The notes under the pieces are model-generated. The model searched no databases, was not told the origin of the DNA, and saw nothing but the letters and a program-made list of their open reading frames with translations. The position numbers and the translations under genes were made by a program. DNA of 64,000 nt from Auanema rhodensis (lineage: Eukaryota > Animalia > Nematoda): NCBI GenBank assembly GCA_964057225.1, contig OZ059897.1, positions 11,036,001 through 11,100,000 on the forward strand, read 5' to 3'. Below are positions 1 through 12,800 of this stretch, one piece after another (the stretch's first letter is position 1; every line of letters starts with the position of its first letter).

Positions 1-400
1 AATTGAAGAATCTTAGTTCAATTCAGTAACAATGAACACACTAACTTTGTTAAGTTGTTGTAATATCGGCTCAAGTAATATAGTGGTTAGTACTCCACGT
101 TGTGGCCGTGGCGACACAGATTCGATTCCTGTTTTGGGCATTTTTTGTTTTGAAATTTAAATGCTATAAAATTATTGCTTGCTTGTCATGTTAGATTTCT
201 TTAATTTGAATATTTATTCAAGTTATAACAATTTTCGATTTAATCACGTTCAATCAACTGTATTGTTTTCAAAAATAAAGACAAAATTCAATTTCTGTTC
301 ATTGAATTAGAATTTTCATGTTGTCACACAGAAATTGAAGAATCTTAGTTCATTTCAGTAACAATGAACAGAATAACTTTGTTTAGTTGTTGTAATATCG

Positions 401-472
401 GCCCAAGTAGTATAGTGGTTAGTACTCCACGTTGTGGCCGTGGCGACACAGGTTCGATTCCTGTCTTGGGCA
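401..472 (+). tRNA. tRNA-His(GTG), canonical copy (same sequence at 1397, 2393, 3389, 4053, 4385)
   Basis: 72-nt cloverleaf: acceptor GCCCAAG/CTTGGGC, anticodon arm CCACG-TTGTGGC-CGTGG, T arm ACAGG-TTCGATT-CCTGT. A box TAGTATAGTGG, B box GGTTCGATTCC, then TTTTTT. Confidence 0.96.
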
Positions 473-3400
473 TTTTTTGTTTTGAAATTAAAATGCTATA
501 AACATATTGCTAGCTTGTCATGTTAGATTTCTTTAATTTGAATACTTATTCAAGTTCTAACAATTTTTAATTTAATCACGTTTAATTAATAGTATTGTTT
601 TCAAAAATAAAGACATCTTTCAATTTCTGGCCTTTGAATTAGAATTTTCATGTTGTCACACAGAAATTGAAGAATCTTAGTTCAATTCAGTAACAATGAA
701 CACACTAACTTTGTTAAGTTGTTGTAATATCGGCCCAAGTAATATAGTGGTTAGTACTCCACGTTGTGGCCGTGGCGACACAGATTCGATTCCTTTGTTG
801 GGCATTTTTCGTTTTGAAATTAAAATGCTACAAAATTATTGCTTGCTTGTCATGTTAGATTTCTTTAATTTGAATACTTATTCAAGTAATAACAATTTTC
901 GATTTAATCACGTTCAATTAATAGTATTGTTTTCAAAAATAAAGACATCTTTCAATTTCTGGCCTTTGAATTAGAATTTTCATGTTGTGACACAGAAATT
1001 GAAGAATCTTAGTTCATTTCAGTAACAATGAACACACTAACTTTGTTAAGTTGTTGTTATATTGGCCCAAGTAATATAGTGGTTAGTACTCCACGTTGTG
1101 GCCGTGGCGACACAGATTCGATTCCTGTCTTGGGCATTTTTTGTTTTGAAATTAAAATGCTACAAAATTATTGCTTGCTTGTCATGTTAGATTTCTTTAA
1201 TTTGAATACTTATTCAAGTTATAACAATTTTTGATTTAATCACGTTCAATCAACTGTATTGTTTTCAAAAATAAAGACATCTTTCAATTTCTGGTCATTG
1301 AATTAGAATTTTCATGTTGTCACACAGAAATTGAAGAATCTTAGTTCATTTCAGTAACAATGAACACACTAACTTTGTTAAGTTGTTGTAATATCGGCCC
1401 AAGTAGTATAGTGGTTAGTACTCCACGTTGTGGCCGTGGCGACACAGGTTCGATTCCTGTCTTGGGCATTTTTTGTTTTGAAATTTAAATGCTATAAAAT
1501 TATTGCTTGCTTGTCATGTTAGATTTTTTTAATTTGAATACTTATTCAAGTTTTAACAATTTTGGATTTAATCACGTTCAATCAACTGTATTGTTTTCAA
1601 AAATAAAGACATCTTTCAATTTCTGGTCATTGAATTTGAATTTTCATGTTGTCACACAGAAATTGAAGAATCTTAGTTCATTTCAGTAACAATGAACACA
1701 CTTACTTTGTTAAGTTGTTGTAATATCGGCCCAAGTAGTATAGTGGTTAGTACTCCACGTTGTGGCCGTGGCGACACAGATTCGATTCCTGTCTTGGGCA
1801 TTTTTTGTTTTGAAATTAAAATGCTATAAACATATTGCTTGCTTGTCATGTTAGATTTGTTTAATTCAAATACTTATTTAAGTTCTAACAATTTTCGATT
1901 TAATCACGTTCAATCAACTGTATTGTTTTCAAAAATAAAGACATCTTTCAATTTCTGGTCATTGAATTAGAATTTTCATGTTGTCACACAGAAATTGAAG
2001 AATCTTAGTTCATTTCAGTAACAATGAACACACTAACTTTGTTAAGTTGTTGTAATATCGGCCCAAGTAGTATAGTGGTCAGTACTCCACGTTGTGGCCG
2101 TGGCGACACAGATTCGATTCCTGTCTTGAGCATTTTTTGTTTCGAAATTAAAATGCTATAAACATATTGCTTGCTTGTCATGTTAGATTTGTTTAATTCA
2201 AATACTTATTTAAGTTCTATCAATTTTCGATTTAATCACGTTCAATCAACTGTATTGTTTTCAAAAATAAAGACATCTTTCAATTTCTGGTCATTGAATT
2301 AGAATTTTCATGTTGTCACACAGAAATTGAAGAATCTTAGTTCATTTCAGTAACAATGAACACACTAACTTTGTTAAGTTGTTGTAATATCGGCCCAAGT
2401 AGTATAGTGGTTAGTACTCCACGTTGTGGCCGTGGCGACACAGGTTCGATTCCTGTCTTGGGCATTTTTTGTTTTGAAATTTAAATGCTATAAAATTATT
2501 GCTTGCTTGTCATGTTAGATTTTTTTAATTTGAATACTTATTCAAGTTTTAACAATTTTGGATTTAATCACGTTCAATCAACTGTATTGTTTTCAAAAAT
2601 AAAGACATCTTTCAATTTCTGGTCATTGAATTTGAATTTTCATGTTGTCACACAGAAATTGAAGAATCTTAGTTCATTTCAGTAACAATGAACACACTTA
2701 CTTTGTTAAGTTGTTGTAATATCGGCCCAAGTAGTATAGTGGTTAGTACTCCACGTTGTGGCCGTGGCGACACAGATTCGATTCCTGTCTTGGGCATTTT
2801 TTGTTTTGAAATTAAAATGCTATAAACATATTGCTTGCTTGTCATGTTAGATTTGTTTAATTCAAATACTTATTTAAGTTCTAACAATTTTCGATTTAAT
2901 CACGTTCAATCAACTGTATTGTTTTCAAAAATAAAGACATCTTTCAATTTCTGGTCATTGAATTAGAATTTTCATGTTGTCACACAGAAATTGAAGAATC
3001 TTAGTTCATTTCAGTAACAATGAACACACTAACTTTGTTAAGTTGTTGTAATATCGGCCCAAGTAGTATAGTGGTCAGTACTCCACGTTGTGGCCGTGGC
3101 GACACAGATTCGATTCCTGTCTTGAGCATTTTTTGTTTCGAAATTAAAATGCTATAAACATATTGCTTGCTTGTCATGTTAGATTTGTTTAATTCAAATA
3201 CTTATTTAAGTTCTATCAATTTTCGATTTAATCACGTTCAATCAACTGTATTGTTTTCAAAAATAAAGACATCTTTCAATTTCTGGTCATTGAATTAGAA
3301 TTTTCATGTTGTCACACAGAAATTGAAGAATCTTAGTTCATTTCAGTAACAATGAACACACTAACTTTGTTAAGTTGTTGTAATATCGGCCCAAGTAGTA

Positions 3401-4716
3401 TAGTGGTTAGTACTCCACGTTGTGGCCGTGGCGACACAGGTTCGATTCCTGTCTTGGGCATTTTTTGTTTTGAAATTTAAATGCTATAAAATTATTGCTT
3501 GCTTGTCATGTTAGATTTGTTTAATTCAAATACTTATTTAAGTTCCAACAATTTTCGATCAAATCACGTTCATTTAACTGTATTGTTTTCAAAAATAAAG
3601 ACAAAATTCAATTTCTTTTCGTTGAATTAGAATTTTCATGTTGTCACACAGAAATTGAAGAATCTTAGTTCATTTCAGTAACAATGAACACACTAACTTT
3701 GTTAAGTTGTTGTAAAATCGGCCCAAGTAGTATAGTGGTCAGTACTCCACGTTGTGGCCGTGGCGACACAGATTCGATTCCTGTCTTGGGCATTTTTTGT
3801 TTCGAAATTAAAATGCTATAAACATATTGCTTGCTTGTCATGTTAGATTTGTTTAATTCAAATACTTATTTAAGTTCTATCAATTTTCGATTTAATCACG
3901 TTCAATCAACTGTATTGTTTTCAAAAATAAAGACATCTTTCAATTTCTGGTCATTGAATTAGAATTTTCATGTTGTCACACAGAAATTGAAGAATCTTAG
4001 TTCATTTCAGTAACAATGAACACACTAACTTTGTTAAGTTGTTGTAATATCGGCCCAAGTAGTATAGTGGTTAGTACTCCACGTTGTGGCCGTGGCGACA
4101 CAGGTTCGATTCCTGTCTTGGGCATTTTTTGTTTTGAAATTTAAATGCTATAAAATTATTGCTTGCTTGTCATGTTAGATTTGTTTAATTCAAATACTTA
4201 TTTAAGTTCCAACAATTTTCAATCAAATCACGTTCATTTAACTGTATTGTTTTCAAAAATAAAGACAAAATTCAATTTCTGTTCGTTGAATTAGAATTTT
4301 CATGTTGTCACACAGAAATTGAAGAATCTTAGTTCATTTCAGTAACAATGAACACACTAACTTTGTTAAGTTGTTGTAATATCGGCCCAAGTAGTATAGT
4401 GGTTAGTACTCCACGTTGTGGCCGTGGCGACACAGGTTCGATTCCTGTCTTGGGCATTTTTTGTTTTGAAATTAAAATGCTATAAAATTATTGCTTGCTT
4501 GTCTTGTTAGATTTCTTTAATTTGAATACTTATTCAAGTTATAACAATTTTCGATTTAATCACGTTCAATCAACTGTATTGTTTTCAAAAATAAAGACAA
4601 AATTCAATTTCTGTTCATTGAATTAGAATTTTCATGTTGTCACACAGAAATTGAAGAATCTTAGTTCAATTCAGTAACAATGAACACACTAACTTTGTTA
4701 AGTTGTTGTAATATCG

Positions 4717-4788
4717 GCCCAAGTAATATAGTGGTTAGTACTCCACGTTGTGGCCGTGGCGACACAGATTCGATTCCTGTCTTGGGCA
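4717..4788 (+). pseudogene. Representative majority tRNA-His variant (G10A + G53A), probable pseudogene
   Basis: TAATATAGTGG and GATTCGATTCC replace the A-box and B-box consensus; each change also breaks a D-stem or T-stem pair. Confidence 0.75.
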
Positions 4789-7700
4789 TTTTTTGTTTTG
4801 AAATTAAAATGCTACAAAATTATTGCTTGCTTGTCATGTTAGATTTCTTTAATTCAAATACATATTTAAGTTCTAACAATTTTTGATTTAATCACGTTCA
4901 ATTAACTGTATTGTTTTCAAAAATAAAGACAAAATTCAATTTCTGTTCATTGAATTAGAATTTTCATGTTGTCACACAGAAATTGAAGAATCTTAGTTCA
5001 TTTCAGTAACAATGAACACACTAACTTTTTTAAGTTGTTGTGATATCGGCCCAAGTAATATAGTGGTTAGTACTCCACGTTGTGGCCGTGGCGACACAGA
5101 TTCGATTCCTGTCTTGGGCATTTTTGTTTTGAAATTAAAATGCTACAAAATTATTGCTTGCTTGTCATGTTAGATTTCTTTAATTTGAATACTTATTCAA
5201 GTTATAACAATTTTTGATTTAATCACGTTCAATCAACTGTATTGTTTTCAAAAATAAAGACAAAATTCAATTTCTGTTCATTGAATTAGAATTTTCATGT
5301 TGTCACACAGAAATTGAAGAATCTTAGTTCAATTCAGTAACAATGAACACACTAACTTTGTTAAGTTGTTGTGATATCGGCCCAAGTAATATAGTGGTTA
5401 GTACTCCACGTTGTGGCCGTGGCGACACAGATTCGATTCCTGTCTTGGGCATTTTTTGTTTTGAAATTAATGTGCTACAAAATTATTGCTTGCTTGTCAT
5501 GTTAGATTTCTATAATTTGAATACTTTTTCAAGTTATAACAATTTTTGATTTAATCACGTTCAATTAACTGTATTGTTTTCAGAAATAAAGACATCTTTC
5601 AATTTCTGGTCATTGAATTAGAATTTTCATGTTGTCACACAGAAATTGAAGATTCTTAGTTCAATTCAGTAACAATGAACACACTAACTTTGTTAAGTTG
5701 TTGTGATATCGGCCCAAGTAATATAGTGGTTAGTACTCCACGTTGTGGCCGTGGCGACACAGATTCGATTCCTGTCTTGGGCATTTTTTGTTTTGAAATT
5801 AAGATGCTACAAAATTATTGCTTGCTTGTCATGTTAGATTTCTTTAATTTGAATACTTATTCAAGTTATAACAATTTTTGATTTAATCACGTTCAATCAA
5901 CTGTATTGTTTTCAAAAATAAAGACAAAATTCAATTTCTGTTCATTGAATTAGAATTTTCATGTTGTCACACAGAAATTGAAGAATCTTAGTTCAATTCA
6001 GTAACAATGAACACACTAACTTTGTTAAGTTGTTGTAATATCGGCCCAAGTAATATAGTGGTTAGTACTCCACGTTGTGGCCGTGGCGACACAGATTCGA
6101 TTCCTGTTTTGGGCATTTTTTGTTTTGAATTTTAAATGCTATAAACATATTGCTTGCTTGTCTTGTTAGATTTCTTTAATTTGAATACTTATTCAAGTTA
6201 TAACAATTTTTGATTTAATCACGTTCAATCAACTGTATTGTTTTCAAAAATAAAGACAAAATTCAATTTCTGTTCATTGAATTAGAATTTTCATGTTGTC
6301 ACACAGAAATTGAAGAATCTTAGTTCAATTCAGTAACAATGAACACACTAACTTTGTTAAGTTGTTGTAATATCGGCCCAAGTAATATAGTGGTTAGTAC
6401 TCCACGTTGTGGCCGTGGCGACACAGATTCGATTCCTGTCTTGGGCATTTTTTGTTTTGAAATTAAAATGCTACAAAATTATTGCTTGCTTGTCATGTTA
6501 GATTTCTTTAATTCAAATACATATTTAAGTTCTAACAATTTTTGATTTAATCACGTTCAATTAACTGTATTGTTTTCAAAAATAAAGACAAAATTCAATT
6601 TCTGTTCATTGAATTAGAATTTTCATGTTGTCACACAGAAATTGAAGAATCTTAGTTCATTTCAGTAACAATGAACACACTAACTTTTTTAAGTTGTTGT
6701 GATATCGGCCCAAGTAATATAGTGGTTAGTACTCCACGTTGTGGCCGTGGCGACACAGATTCGATTCCTGTCTTGGGCATTTTTGTTTTGAAATTAAAAT
6801 GCTACAAAATTATTGCTTGCTTGTCATGTTAGATTTCTTTAATTTGAATACTTATTCAAGTTATAACAATTTTTGATTTAATCACGTTCAATCAACTGTA
6901 TTGTTTTCAAAAATAAAGACAAAATTCAATTTCTGTTCATTGAATTAGAATTTTCATGTTGTCACACAGAAATTGAAGAATCTTAGTTCAATTCAGTAAC
7001 AATGAACACACTAACTTTGTTAAGTTGTTGTGATATCGGCCCAAGTAATATAGTGGTTAGTACTCCACGTTGTGGCCGTGGCGACACAGATTCGATTCCT
7101 GTCTTGGGCATTTTTTGTTTTGAAATTAATGTGCTACAAAATTATTGCTTGCTTGTCATGTTAGATTTCTATAATTTGAATACTTTTTCAAGTTATAACA
7201 ATTTTTGATTTAATCACGTTCAATTAACTGTATTGTTTTCAGAAATAAAGACATCTTTCAATTTCTGGTCATTGAATTAGAATTTTCATGTTGTCACACA
7301 GAAATTGAAGATTCTTAGTTCAATTCAGTAACAATGAACACACTAACTTTGTTAAGTTGTTGTGATATCGGCCCAAGTAATATAGTGGTTAGTACTCCAC
7401 GTTGTGGCCGTGGCGACACAGATTCGATTCCTGTCTTGGGCATTTTTTGTTTTGAAATTAAGATGCTACAAAATTATTGCTTGCTTGTCATGTTAGATTT
7501 CTTTAATTTGAATACTTATTCAAGTTATAACAATTTTTGATTTAATCACGTTCAATCAACTGTATTGTTTTCAAAAATAAAGACAAAATTCAATTTCTGT
7601 TCATTGAATTAGAATTTTCATGTTGTCACACAGAAATTGAAGAATCTTAGTTCAATTCAGTAACAATGAACACACTAACTTTGTTAAGTTGTTGTAATAT

Positions 7701-8632
7701 CGGCCCAAGTAATATAGTGGTTAGTACTCCACGTTGTGGCCGTGGCGACACAGATTCGATTCCTGTTTTGGGCATTTTTTGTTTTGAATTTTAAATGCTA
7801 TAAAATTATTGCTTGTTTGTCATGTTAGATTTCTTTAATTTGAATACTTATTCAAGTTCTAACAATTTTTGATTTAATCACGTTTAATTAATAGTATTGT
7901 TTTCAAAAATAAAGACATCTTTCAATTTCTGGCCTTTGAATTAGAATTTTCATGTTGTCACACAGAAATTGAAGAATCTTAGTTCAATTCAGTAACAATG
8001 AACACACTAACTTTGTTAAGTTGTTGTAATATCGGCCCAAGTAATATAGTGGTTAGTACTCCACGTTGTGGCCGTGGCGACACAGATTCGATTCCTTTGT
8101 TGGGCATTTTTCGTTTTGAAATTAAAATGCTACAAAATTATTGCTTGCTTGTCATGTTAGATTTCTTTAATTTGAATACTTATTCAAGTAATAACAATTT
8201 TCGATTTAATCACGTTCAATTAATAGTATTGTTTTCAAAAATAAAGACATCTTTCAATTTCTGGCCTTTGAATTAGAATTTTCATGTTGTGACACAGAAA
8301 TTGAAGAATCTTAGTTCATTTCAGTAACAATGAACACACTAACTTTGTTAAGTTGTTGTTATATTGGCCCAAGTAATATAGTGGTTAGTACTCCACGTTG
8401 TGGCCGTGGCGACACAGATTCGATTCCTGTTTTGGGCATTTTTTGTTTTGAAATTTAAATGCTATAAAATTATTGCTTGCTTGTCATGTTAGATTTCTTT
8501 AATTTGAATACTTATTCAAGTTCTAACAATTTTTGATTTAATCACGTTCAATTAACTGTATTGTTTTCAAAAATAAAGACATCTTTCAATTTCTGGCCTT
8601 TGAATTAGAATTTTCATGTTGTCACACAGAAA

Positions 8633-8878
8633 TGTGGCGTTATACCACAAGTGTATAGTATGGTTGGAAGTAAAACACAAAGCGAATATGTAGAAAAGGG
8701 TTTATTGATGAATTAACAAGACAAGCACGGAATAAAATCACTGACTGCGAACGTTGAAAATGTAAGACTGATCTCTTCTCGTGGGCGGTCGTCAGCCTGA
8801 AACAAAGAGTTAGTCATGCCACATGTATAACACAACATGTGGTATGGATAAAAATTACTTAGGAAGTTAGAAGAAAGA

Positions 8879-8910
<32 letters not shown>

Positions 8911-8980
8911 AGAACAGGAGAGACAAATAAAACAATTGTTGAAGATAAAATTTATACAAACTCACTCGCTTATCGCGACA
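8633..8980 (-). repeat. 3' LTR of BEL copy 1 (348 bp)
   Basis: Minus strand TGTCGCGA...CGCCACA with (CT)n tract and AATAAA; preceded by TTGCCGGGAG (8981-8990). Confidence 0.96.
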
Positions 8981-9010
8981 CTCCCGGCAATGCGGGAATG
9001 AGAAGAAGGC

Positions 9011-9478
9011 CTACAAAGGTCTTTTACGTTTTATATCACCACAAACCACTCCATGATGCGTATCCGCCTTACATCTATAGCAGGATACCTCGCAAATCGC
9101 TGGATGTTTTTGATTCAAACATCTGATGCATAACCCCAGTTCATGAAGACGGAGAGTGCGTTCCGGTGAGGAAGGATAAATCGGACAGGCCGCAGTACGG
9201 TGCCCATCAGCTGTCGGTTTATTGCAGAATACACATGAAGCTTTAGGAGCAGTCTGAATGGTCAAATTGTCTAGTTTCAGATTTAACGAATGTTGAATAT
9301 TGTCCAGTCGTTCGGATAGATGGTTCACCGCGCTAGCTAGGTGCTCGTAGAGCCTCTTTTCAAGCACAATTAGTTGCCTCAGATTGGCAGCAGTGTTAGG
9401 TAGATGGGAATATTTTTTGAGGTCTTCCTCAAAGGAAGCATTCTCAATTATATTCGAGACAATATCTTCCATTTTCAT
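9011..9478 (-). CDS. Accessory protein: helical N-terminus, three Cys/His zinc-knuckle motifs, basic KRKRP tail
   Basis: CVFC..H....C, CIRC....H...C and CYRC....HH..VC. Homologue at 60648-61109. First ATGs at 9478/9472 follow a GTATATAAG box. Confidence 0.8.
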   Translation of the reverse strand: MKMEDIVSNIIENASFEEDLKKYSHLPNTAANLRQLIVLEKRLYEHLASAVNHLSERLDNIQHSLNLKLDNLTIQTAPKASCVFCNKPTADGHRTAACPIYPSSPERTLRLHELGLCIRCLNQKHPAICEVSCYRCKADTHHGVVCGDIKRKRPL

Positions 9479-9505
9479 GGAATATAGGAAAGACATGAGC
9501 TGCAT

Positions 9506-9515
9506 CCTTATATAC
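9506..9515 (-). promoter_or_regulatory. Candidate internal TATA box for the accessory ORF
   Basis: GTATATAAGG lies 43 nt before the ATG; the same 10-mer lies 42 nt before the homologous ATG in copy 2 (60606-60615), in otherwise diverged DNA. Confidence 0.55.
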
Positions 9516-9813
9516 ATGTTCACATCTGGACTTTAAACGCTGATTAACATCTATTAGTTTATTGTACAATGGTGTGTTTAGGTTATCTTGTTACAGATAC
9601 AATGAATTTTAGAGCCTGTACAAAAGGTTATGTGTTATGTAACTGATAAAAGAAACTTGATACTACCATAAATTGAAAAGAAAGAAAAACAATGATATTG
9701 TTTTATTACAATGGTTATATTCGTACATAATGCTTTCTTTTTCTTTTGTTTCATTAATATTTCAATTTTTAATTTTAAATTTTATCTCCACAAGAAATTC
9801 TTCTCTTATGCTT

Positions 9814-12800
9814 TTAAAATCTTTGATCCCGAAATAGGGCTTTTGATTTTATCCACAGTGTGAATATCCTGGTAGCTATCCATTGTGTGGTTAAGACTGT
9901 ATTCAAAACTACACAGTACATGATGGGTGTACATGCCACATATCCTATGGTGGCGGTTATTGCAACGCCTATCAATATGATTCCCAACTTTGATAAAATT
10001 AACTTGAAGATTGGAGCGAAGTCAATGGATTTGGATTCTGTACCCTTACTTGAGTCACTTTCGTTTATTTCATCTATGCTTGCTATGTGTTGTAATATTC
10101 CTTTAATAATGATCTTAATTTTTTTATTGTCGCATGTGGTATAGCATAATTCATCAATCTGAGAATTTTCTCTTTTCATTGTTACTTTTGTGATTGCTAC
10201 TTTTGGAGAGCATTTTATCATGAATACTTCTTTTTGACATTCGATAGAAATCCATGTTTCTTCTGCCGTAAGGCATTGGAATTCTGCGAATGCACCCTGC
10301 CCGCAGGAGTAGCAACCTGATAGTTTTGTCAGGGCAGGTGCGCAAGGCAAATTGTTGGAGAAAATCACTGAGTTTAAGAATAGGGATGAATCGACCGTAA
10401 CTAAATTTTCGTCTAAATTCGTAGAGAATGATAACGTGTTATCTTTAGTTTTAAAGTTTTGGTTAGGAGATTTTATGTCTGATGTATTGGACATTTTTTC
10501 AAAAGTAGGGGTATCACACCTACATTTTATTTCATCAAATCTATTGAATGTGCAAGGGCAGAATGAGGATACTGTACAGTTATTAAAATGTTTTAATGCG
10601 GCTTCCTCTGTTGCACATTGAATTATTCCCTTTGTGTGTATATCCGTAATGTACGTGTTTTCTTTGGAGGAAAAAAATAATTTTGTGTACATTTCTGGAG
10701 GAGGTTGTGATTGTGATAACGTTGTTATGTTGAAAAGTTGTTCACGATTTTTCGTGTAAGGTTGTAGAGTGATATTGTAATTATTTTTCTGCTGGAGTAA
10801 TGTTGTTTCTATATTAAATACGGTTTGGGTGGACCAACTATCACAAGTATAGACTTCGTATACTTCCTCAGTGACGGGTATATGCTCTATTTTGTAGAAA
10901 AGACACGGATCTGTCCAAATCATAGGACATGTGTAAAATCTCGCTGACGATGTGAAACAACCTGATTGTGAAGGGAACATATATGGTTGTAGTTCCTCGA
11001 TTTTATTATGGAGCGAGTTAGTTTCACATGTTCCGTCACACGAGCCCCGGTGACGGCATCGTAATATGCTCAATATGTTGACGGTTGTCTGTCTAGTGAA
11101 GTATCTAGTATTCTTCTGGCAGACATGTTCAGTATATAGTTTAGTTATTTTAAATTGACCAATTTCATGATTAGAATGCGTTATGGTAATGCATAATTGT
11201 TTTGTTCCGGGAGAAAATATGATATCTTGACTGTATTCGTGATAACAAGCTAAGTTGTCATCGCATCGTATGTTAACGAAGTGTTGAACATGAACATCGG
11301 AACATGAACTGCAGCTTCCAATACATAAAGCCAAGATGATTGCCAGTAACGATGGTAAAGATGTTTGCGACCCTCTAGTAAAGAGAGAGAATTTTGGTGG
11401 CTTTCTCGTATGGTTTAAAATAGGGTAAATATGCTTTTGAAAGGTTTCATGATCCACAATATTAGCGTCTTGTGTGTTCGTTTGTTTTAATTGCAATGTA
11501 TCATTGTGGTCTTCTGTTATTTTTTGATCAGTTTCATGATCTTCTTGTTCGGAGATTGTTTTATGTTTTAATTTCATGATGTTGAGCATGGTTTGAGTGT
11601 TTTTGGACCATGTCTTATATCTATATTGGCTGTAACCCATGCGGCATAGACAAGAGACTATGAGGGTAACTGCCATAATGGTTATTATCACTGTCCATGT
11701 TGCCATTTCTGGGGAGCAATGAGGATTCGCTATAAGTTTTGTGGTGAACATGTTAGAGTCCTTGCAACTATTGATTTCTTCGGCATATGTCGAAGTAATT
11801 ATAATCGGTAATGAAAGGGCTTTCATTATGTCAGCTGCTATTTTTGGGTTTATTTTATTTTTCCTTTGGTGTGTGGCATAGGACATTTTTAGTGGGAAGG
11901 CTTTTATATTTTCCTTCTCAGTGACCTCATCTTGTTCTGTATATTTTGCTGTTTTCACTGATGATAGTTTTGCTTTATTTTGAGGTCGATCGTTTGTTGC
12001 ATCCTCATTATTCTCTGTTTCTGGAGTGTATGTATTATCATGTTGAGAGTTGTCTGATTCATATGCAATATCGTAATTATGGTTGCTATCATTTATGTTA
12101 TTGTTCTCATGTATTGTTTCATCTGTATGTTCTATATGATGATCGGAGTGTATGTTGTCTAATACGGTATCAGTATGTGCTATTCTATCTGTTGAGCTAT
12201 TATTTTCTTGGACTATGTGTGAGTTGTCTTCTATGATTTTGTTGTTGCTAGTGTTGCATCTTATCTCTAGTGGATAGAGCTGATTGATGGATCGAGTAAT
12301 TATGTTTCCGTTGCTTGTTGCAACTTTTGCTGAACGTATGTTGCCATCTGAACTAGTAATTGTTTCAATAATGCGACCTAGTTTCCATGTTCCTCGTGGC
12401 GACATGTCGTTTTGTATTATTACTATTTCATCCTTGTGAGGAAAGAGATTTGTGTGATTTTTTCTCTTGTTTTTATGTTTGAAAATGTCTTTTAAACTAG
12501 TTAGATACTCCTCCTGGAAACGTGTCCAGAATTTAGACGCTGAGTCTTCTGATAACTGAAGAGCTTCTAGCGCTTGTTCTGTCGATTGAATCGTTTGGAT
12601 ATCGCTGTGAATATCGAATATATGAGTGTTATCATTGTTTTCTGGTAATGAAAACTTTATTGCTGATGTTAAAAAATCAATTGGTCTTATGGGTAAAGCA
12701 TCTAAATTATCTGGGTGTGGATGAGTGAGTGGGCGTGTATTAATTATGGCTTCTATTTTTACAATAGCTGTGTGTAAATCATCTAGTGACATTTGACTAG

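Larger units (their letters stand above)
1..8632 (+). repeat. Tandem tRNA-His array block 1 (332-bp unit, 26 tRNA copies; continues beyond left edge)
   Basis: tRNA starts at 69, 401, 733 ... 8367, spaced 332 bp (331 after two 1-bp-deleted units). Each tRNA is followed by a T-run terminator and a conserved AT-rich spacer. Confidence 0.98.

Noticed and set aside
1-8632. CRISPR-like array
   Set aside because: The spacers are near-identical, the conserved core is a tRNA, there are no cas genes, and the context is eukaryotic.
8648-8666. BEL U5 sequence CAAGTGTATAGTATGGTT resembling the tRNA-His 5' half
   Set aside because: The match is short, needs two gaps and is AT-rich; it cannot be distinguished from chance.
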